64,000 bases of DNA, taken from Cyanophora paradoxa CCMP329 (lineage: Eukaryota > Plantae > Glaucophyta). The position numbers were made by a program, and so were the translations under genes. The notes beneath the pieces were generated by a model. It was not told the origin of the DNA. It saw only the letters and a list, made by a program, of their open reading frames with translations, and made no database searches. The stretch covers positions 62,001 through 126,000 of the forward strand of contig QPMI01000159.1 of the NCBI GenBank assembly GCA_004431415.1, in the 5' to 3' direction. This document shows, in pieces, positions 59,265-64,000 of the stretch (position 1 is the stretch's first letter; each line of letters opens with the position of its first letter).

Positions 59265-60221
59265 TCACGCGCTTCTACCTTGAATTCTCTTTGCGTAATA
59301 TCCAGCGGGTTTGGCGCCTGCTCTGAGCAATGGTTCAGCAGCAATTTCGAGTTTTTTTAGCTCACGATCCTTCAGGTTTTGACCCGCATACGTTTTCGTT
59401 TCAACGAGACCCTCTCTCCGAAGCTGACGATCTTGCTTCGATCTAGCAGTCGCTCTTTCAATCTTAGACTGGTCAGGTAGTTCTTGTGGCGCACGAATCT
59501 CGGATGGTTTCACACGTCTAGAAATTTCCACACCTTGCTTTGTAATTAACCTAACACGGTTCTTATCAACGCCAGCAACAACGTAGGTCTCTTTGCTTGG
59601 TTTCGCCAGACCCTTTGCGAACACGCTTGGCTTAGGTTCAAGGATCTGCACCTCCGTACCAGGTTTAGGCATATTTGTGTTCTCTCGTTCAATATCATTC
59701 TGTCGCTGACGAACTTGATGTAGCTGTTCGGCTACCTGTGTATTTTCACGCATCCACGTTGGTGATCGCTCTTCACCAAATGCACTGTGTGCTGTTTCAT
59801 TGTACGCCTTCAAAATCGCAGGCAAGCGGGAGAGGAAATGCGGGGAGCCGCGTGCCTCTGTGTCGGCCTGGATCAATGCTCGCAATGTCCTAGCGAACCT
59901 GTCGATAATTCCAAGTTTGTTACCTTTAGAAATGTGGTCATCTTTGGCAACATCAGTATGCATTTTCAACGAGTTATCCTCGGCCATTGCCCGAATTGCT
60001 GCTGTGTTAAAACCGTTGTCACCTGAAAATCCCCATATTCCAGGTAGCTGCTCGATCATTTTTGGAAGCTGCTTAAAAGTCTCGAGCTTACGGACCACAG
60101 CAAAGCGGGTTGCAATTTCGACCGCTGCAAACAGGCGATACCTCCCAATAAACAATACATCAATTTGCCAAGCTCCAGGTGGTGCTGTTATCGTGTACAT
60201 TCTTCTAATTGTCACACACAT
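59265..60221 (-). CDS. Retroviral-type (rve) integrase of Polinton class (start 60221 or 60200; open frame extends to 60344)
   Basis: WQIDVLF..FAAVEIATRFAVV, SGDNGF, IIDRFARTLR, AYNETAHSAFG..P, and a C-terminal PGTEVQI..FAKG..SKETYVV SH3-like part. Confidence 0.88.
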   Translation of the reverse strand: MCVTIRRMYTITAPPGAWQIDVLFIGRYRLFAAVEIATRFAVVRKLETFKQLPKMIEQLPGIWGFSGDNGFNTAAIRAMAEDNSLKMHTDVAKDDHISKGNKLGIIDRFARTLRALIQADTEARGSPHFLSRLPAILKAYNETAHSAFGEERSPTWMRENTQVAEQLHQVRQRQNDIERENTNMPKPGTEVQILEPKPSVFAKGLAKPSKETYVVAGVDKNRVRLITKQGVEISRRVKPSEIRAPQELPDQSKIERATARSKQDRQLRREGLVETKTYAGQNLKDRELKKLEIAAEPLLRAGAKPAGYYAKRIQGRSA

Positions 60222-60298
60222 AAAAGTTTTTTGGTGGATATCGCGTGAATATGCCTTAAAAAGATTGTGATTGTGATTAATAATAAAGTGATATTGTA

Positions 60299-60589
60299 AT
60301 GGAGATTGAAAACTGTTTGGCGCGCAAGCGTGGTCGTCCTCCAAAGTCTAAGTCTCCGGAAGTAATAGAAGAGATGAAGAAGAAACGATCAGCAGCGGTA
60401 AAAGCTCGTTATCATTCAGATGAGGAATTTCGTAAGCGCAAGCTCCAAGCGACGTATGAGTATCAGGAAAGAAATATTGACCGCAAACGGGAGCAGTGCC
60501 GTAACTATCGACGTCGGCAAAGACAGTTGCTTCTAACTTTATTGGAAAAGTTTGGTGCTCAATCGGTTGAGGTAGTTTCAGCAGCCTAA
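60299..60589 (+). CDS. Small basic AT-hook protein
   Basis: RKRGRPPK AT-hook followed by a basic helical segment (EEFRKRKLQATYEYQERN..REQCRNYRRRQ). Confidence 0.7.
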   Translation: MEIENCLARKRGRPPKSKSPEVIEEMKKKRSAAVKARYHSDEEFRKRKLQATYEYQERNIDRKREQCRNYRRRQRQLLLTLLEKFGAQSVEVVSAA

Positions 60590-60619
60590 TGTTTGGAGGT
60601 TCGCTGCAAACTTCTTTTT

Positions 60620-63600
60620 TCAAATACGTGTGCGCCAGTGACCCAGAGCCAAAGTTTCAACGCCATCATCACATAGCCAACGTTTTGTGTCTAGCGGATG
60701 AAGTGCCTGTTTTGAAGTTTCTTGCACGTAAACCCGATGTTTCTTTGAGCGCATCCCTCGAATTCCATTCACTTCGCATGATAAGTATTTTTTCTGTCCA
60801 TCTACATCTTTACCAAGTACACAATCAATATATCTTTCACGTGTAAGCTGGTCGGCAAAACTTTTAGAAATTCCCTTGCAACGTCTTTCTTGCTTACCAC
60901 TGTCGATCTGATACCAGTAACTCTTTGGTCGGTTTGCGATGAATTCTACCATTTGCTTGCCATTGCACTCATCTTTGAAATTGCCAAGGGCTGTCGATTT
61001 TTTCTTCATGGTAGCGATTTCTTCCTCCGACATTCCAGCAAAAAACCTGTGTGTATCTGGGTATTTGCTAACGTCTAGAATATGACTTATTTTTTTCAGA
61101 TCAGCGTACAAATCATCTGTCTCAATTCTAAGGATCAGTGAATCCGTATCAGTTGCGAGCAGTTTTACCCGCTGGCCCCAGAGCGGTTTTAATTGCTCGT
61201 AGTACATTTTAAACATGTGCAGTTTTGACATTTCCAAAACGCTGAATCCGCTGTATATCGGTTTGTTTAACTTAACTTGCGATTTACGTTTAGAGATGAA
61301 TACTAGATCCTCATCATATTTGACAATTTGCTTCAACAAATTTGGCTGTGCGGCGATTTTTGACAGACGATCCCCATCAGTCACAAGCTCAGCGTCACAA
61401 TGCTTTCTAACGTTTTCCATATTTTTTCCATATAATGCATTAGTCTTCAGCTTGAATAGATCTCGCACATGATCAAACGTTGCAGCTTGACGCATTTCGG
61501 CATTTTTTTCCACATACGGTTTCATCCAAGCACACTGCTTGTACATAATAATCCGATGGATTTTGCTCACGACAAGTCCATGGGCACGGTAAAACTTGAG
61601 TAATCTTCCGTCCACAACGTATTTCTTCAATGGAAGCAGGCATGGAATAAGCTTTCGCGTCTTCATTTGAACACAATCCTTATTAATCATATCCTGTTGT
61701 AATGTCGACAACATCAATGGCTCGACACTCATTGCTACTGGGGCGATGGGGTAATCACTAAATTTCTCGTGAAGCTCATCTGGAATGTAAGCATCAATTT
61801 CAAGCGTTGCTCCTATATCACCATCATAATCGAAACCATCAAGGTCAAAGGTTTCTGGATCAACCCATTTAAAATCTCCAATCGGATGTTTTTCCAACAT
61901 TGCATATCCATACAGTGAGTTTGCATCTATATAGAACAGATATACTGATGGTTTGGATGGATCATAATCAACCATGTCCTTATTGTTCGCTTTTGCATAT
62001 CGATTTGACACCATTGAAATGCCACCACGAATACCAGTCTCGAAGAATCTGAACATATCCTCTTGACCCTCATGCAACAGCTGTAATTGTCCACCTGTAT
62101 ATTTTAGAGCAGCATCCCAACTGAAACCTGGCAGACTCATGTAATATGCAGGATCTATGCCATCTGTAGCGCGAGATGTTTCCCGATATGCTTGAAACAC
62201 GTCTGCTAGTAACGTTATATCCAGCTTCATATAAGCAATCGTATATTCTAGCAGCGTCTTACATTTTAGTTTTTTCCAAACCTTTTGTGCGTGCTCGTAA
62301 TCTTCAGGTTTACACTTTTCGTTTTTCAAGTCATTGTTAAACGACTCTATTGAAGGTAGTTTCCGATCTGCGAGTCGTTTCCACGAATTTACGTAGCTGT
62401 ACGGATAGATGCCTTTGCGCGTCATCAGATTAAATGTTTCCAAATCGGGACATAACTCGCGAGTTTGCTTTTTCAGATGATCTGGAAGCGATGCCGCTAG
62501 CTTTTCGAGCGTTGCTGATAGATGTTGCATGCTGTCGCGGAATACGTAAATGCCGTATTCAATTTGACTCATTTTCTCGGAGTTTTGAAACATCACTTCG
62601 AAACGATTTGAAAGCGGTGTCTCAGATTTCTCGATCTTGATTTTTTCTTTAACAAGCTGGTTCTTGATAAATCCTGGAACTCGCTTCTCATACTCCTCAG
62701 CAGTTATGCTCAGTTTGTTCATCGTCCATTCCCTCACGCTTTGAGTTTGATATGTCTTCTCAAGACGTGCTCGGGTTGCTTCAAGTTTTTCATTCAACTT
62801 TTTCTTAAATTCAATATGTGCGGCTTGTCTTTTTACACTTCCCTTTGCAATTGCGCGGATCAGCAAATGCGAATCGAAACCCCGAGCATTGTGTGCTAGC
62901 AAGAAAACGCGTTTTGATTTACATCTCCTTCGGTTGCAACCACAGCAAGCAGCACCTTTGAAATCACCATTATCGTGATCGTGGTCCCAGACCTTTTTGA
63001 TCTTCTCGCTGAATTCAACGTTACAGATATAGCAACTAGTAGCTGAATCAAACGTTTGTTTTGCATCATCTGTTTTTATCGCTGGTACCGATGCATTTAG
63101 CCCTTTCTTTAAAGTTGGTTCCATTGAATCTAGCCATTCAATGAACCTCTCCTCGCATCTTCGACCGCTATTTACATGCCAGTATTTTGTATCATCATTG
63201 CCTGTGATCAAGCAACCGACGACAGCAGGTATTTGACACGCAATTTCATCTGTCTTTCCATTTTTCACAGAGTTCGTAGACATTGCAAGTGTTTCAAAAT
63301 CATAGGCTCCAACATATCGTGCCGTTATCGTATTCGCATGGTTCAGGAATTTCAATGTTGAACGGTCGGGTTTTGGAAGCACATCACGGCCATGTTCGTC
63401 TCGTTCGAGGCATCTGTCTTCTTCGATGTGTTTCTGAAGAGCATCATCACCGCGAAATCCTTTTTGACAAGCGAGACAATAGCTGCGTGCGTTCTTGTCA
63501 ATTCCAGGACGTGCAAACATTCGGCTCACGTTCTTGATCCAAACGAAATGGCCATAGCTACCTTCACCAGTCACGTATAGCAGAGGAATAGCTTCGCGGG

Positions 63601-64000
63601 CCGCTGAGATATAATATGGAGTGATGTCTTGCTTTTCATTATCAGCCACATACACACATAAATTCAGATTGTTTGCCTCTTCAAACCGACGGAATATCTT
63701 TGAATCAAGCGGGACAGGATAACTGAGCATTGATGTGTCGATCGTACTTAGGTGCTGTCTGTACTTGGCAGCACGTTGAGCATGCCGATCGATTGGGAAC
63801 TTTGCGGATAAAACTGAATACGTAAAACACATATTATCTGGTGCCTCCACGTTTATGACTGCGTTCTTCTTGCTAATCCATGTTGGAAGTTCAAATGATG
63901 CTCCACCAACGGCGCGGACATGTTCTAGACTTTGTATGTAAAAATACGTCCACGTTTCTAATTCCCAGCTGTCATTCTCCTGTTCTGCTCTTCCATCGAT
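60620..64000 (-). CDS. Protein-primed family B DNA polymerase (pPolB), 5'-truncated by the window edge
   Basis: The frame is open to 64000 (..GGASFELPTWISKKNAVINVEAPDNMCF). ExoI YDFET, EndoVII-like CYIC..DHDH..G..CCGCN, ExoII HNARGFDSH, KGIYPY, ExoIII YMKLD, DANSLYGYAM, KLKTNALYGK, TDTDS. Confidence 0.97.
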   Translation of the reverse strand: MDGRAEQENDSWELETWTYFYIQSLEHVRAVGGASFELPTWISKKNAVINVEAPDNMCFTYSVLSAKFPIDRHAQRAAKYRQHLSTIDTSMLSYPVPLDSKIFRRFEEANNLNLCVYVADNEKQDITPYYISAAREAIPLLYVTGEGSYGHFVWIKNVSRMFARPGIDKNARSYCLACQKGFRGDDALQKHIEEDRCLERDEHGRDVLPKPDRSTLKFLNHANTITARYVGAYDFETLAMSTNSVKNGKTDEIACQIPAVVGCLITGNDDTKYWHVNSGRRCEERFIEWLDSMEPTLKKGLNASVPAIKTDDAKQTFDSATSCYICNVEFSEKIKKVWDHDHDNGDFKGAACCGCNRRRCKSKRVFLLAHNARGFDSHLLIRAIAKGSVKRQAAHIEFKKKLNEKLEATRARLEKTYQTQSVREWTMNKLSITAEEYEKRVPGFIKNQLVKEKIKIEKSETPLSNRFEVMFQNSEKMSQIEYGIYVFRDSMQHLSATLEKLAASLPDHLKKQTRELCPDLETFNLMTRKGIYPYSYVNSWKRLADRKLPSIESFNNDLKNEKCKPEDYEHAQKVWKKLKCKTLLEYTIAYMKLDITLLADVFQAYRETSRATDGIDPAYYMSLPGFSWDAALKYTGGQLQLLHEGQEDMFRFFETGIRGGISMVSNRYAKANNKDMVDYDPSKPSVYLFYIDANSLYGYAMLEKHPIGDFKWVDPETFDLDGFDYDGDIGATLEIDAYIPDELHEKFSDYPIAPVAMSVEPLMLSTLQQDMINKDCVQMKTRKLIPCLLPLKKYVVDGRLLKFYRAHGLVVSKIHRIIMYKQCAWMKPYVEKNAEMRQAATFDHVRDLFKLKTNALYGKNMENVRKHCDAELVTDGDRLSKIAAQPNLLKQIVKYDEDLVFISKRKSQVKLNKPIYSGFSVLEMSKLHMFKMYYEQLKPLWGQRVKLLATDTDSLILRIETDDLYADLKKISHILDVSKYPDTHRFFAGMSEEEIATMKKKSTALGNFKDECNGKQMVEFIANRPKSYWYQIDSGKQERRCKGISKSFADQLTRERYIDCVLGKDVDGQKKYLSCEVNGIRGMRSKKHRVYVQETSKQALHPLDTKRWLCDDGVETLALGHWRTRI

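Larger units (their letters stand above)
54821..64000. mobile_element. Endogenous Maverick/Polinton-like virus (left end and about 9 kb; continues beyond window)
   Basis: Abrupt drop in GC content; tightly packed intronless ORFs encoding mCP, MCP, A32-like ATPase, rve integrase and pPolB; left boundary defined by loss of host-paralogue homology. Confidence 0.95.

Noticed and set aside
1-64000. tRNA or rRNA genes
   Set aside because: None recognised by eye; tRNAscan-SE or Infernal would be needed to exclude them formally.

Overview
Eukaryotic nuclear DNA in three zones. (1) About 1-41 kb is a very GC-rich, gene-dense region with many short introns. It holds recognisable housekeeping genes (an RCC1-repeat protein, DIS3/RRP44, NAT9-like, a probably plastid-targeted cis-prenyltransferase, IQANK1-like, COQ7, two glycosyltransferase-like membrane proteins) and several hypothetical genes. 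A 5-kb stack of head-to-tail Helitron-like repeats sits at about 19.7-24.4 kb. The gene content and a transit-peptide-like N-terminus with an early Phe suggest a flagellated alga with a primary plastid, possibly a glaucophyte (inference only). (2) About 41-54.8 kb is an accessory zone with MITEs, a large multi-exon gene carrying three ricin-B-like (QxW) repeats that each use a 20-nt microexon, and the start of a tandem paralogue of that gene. (3) From about 54.8 kb to the end is an AT-richer, intronless endogenous Maverick/Polinton-like virus with intact-looking genes for minor capsid, major capsid, packaging ATPase, rve integrase, AT-hook and AP2-like proteins, and a protein-primed PolB that runs off the window. 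The virus has integrated exactly at an intron 3' splice site of the paralogue, creating an AG|GTAAAA junction. Exon structures were assembled by eye, so gene coordinates are spans from start to stop and include introns.
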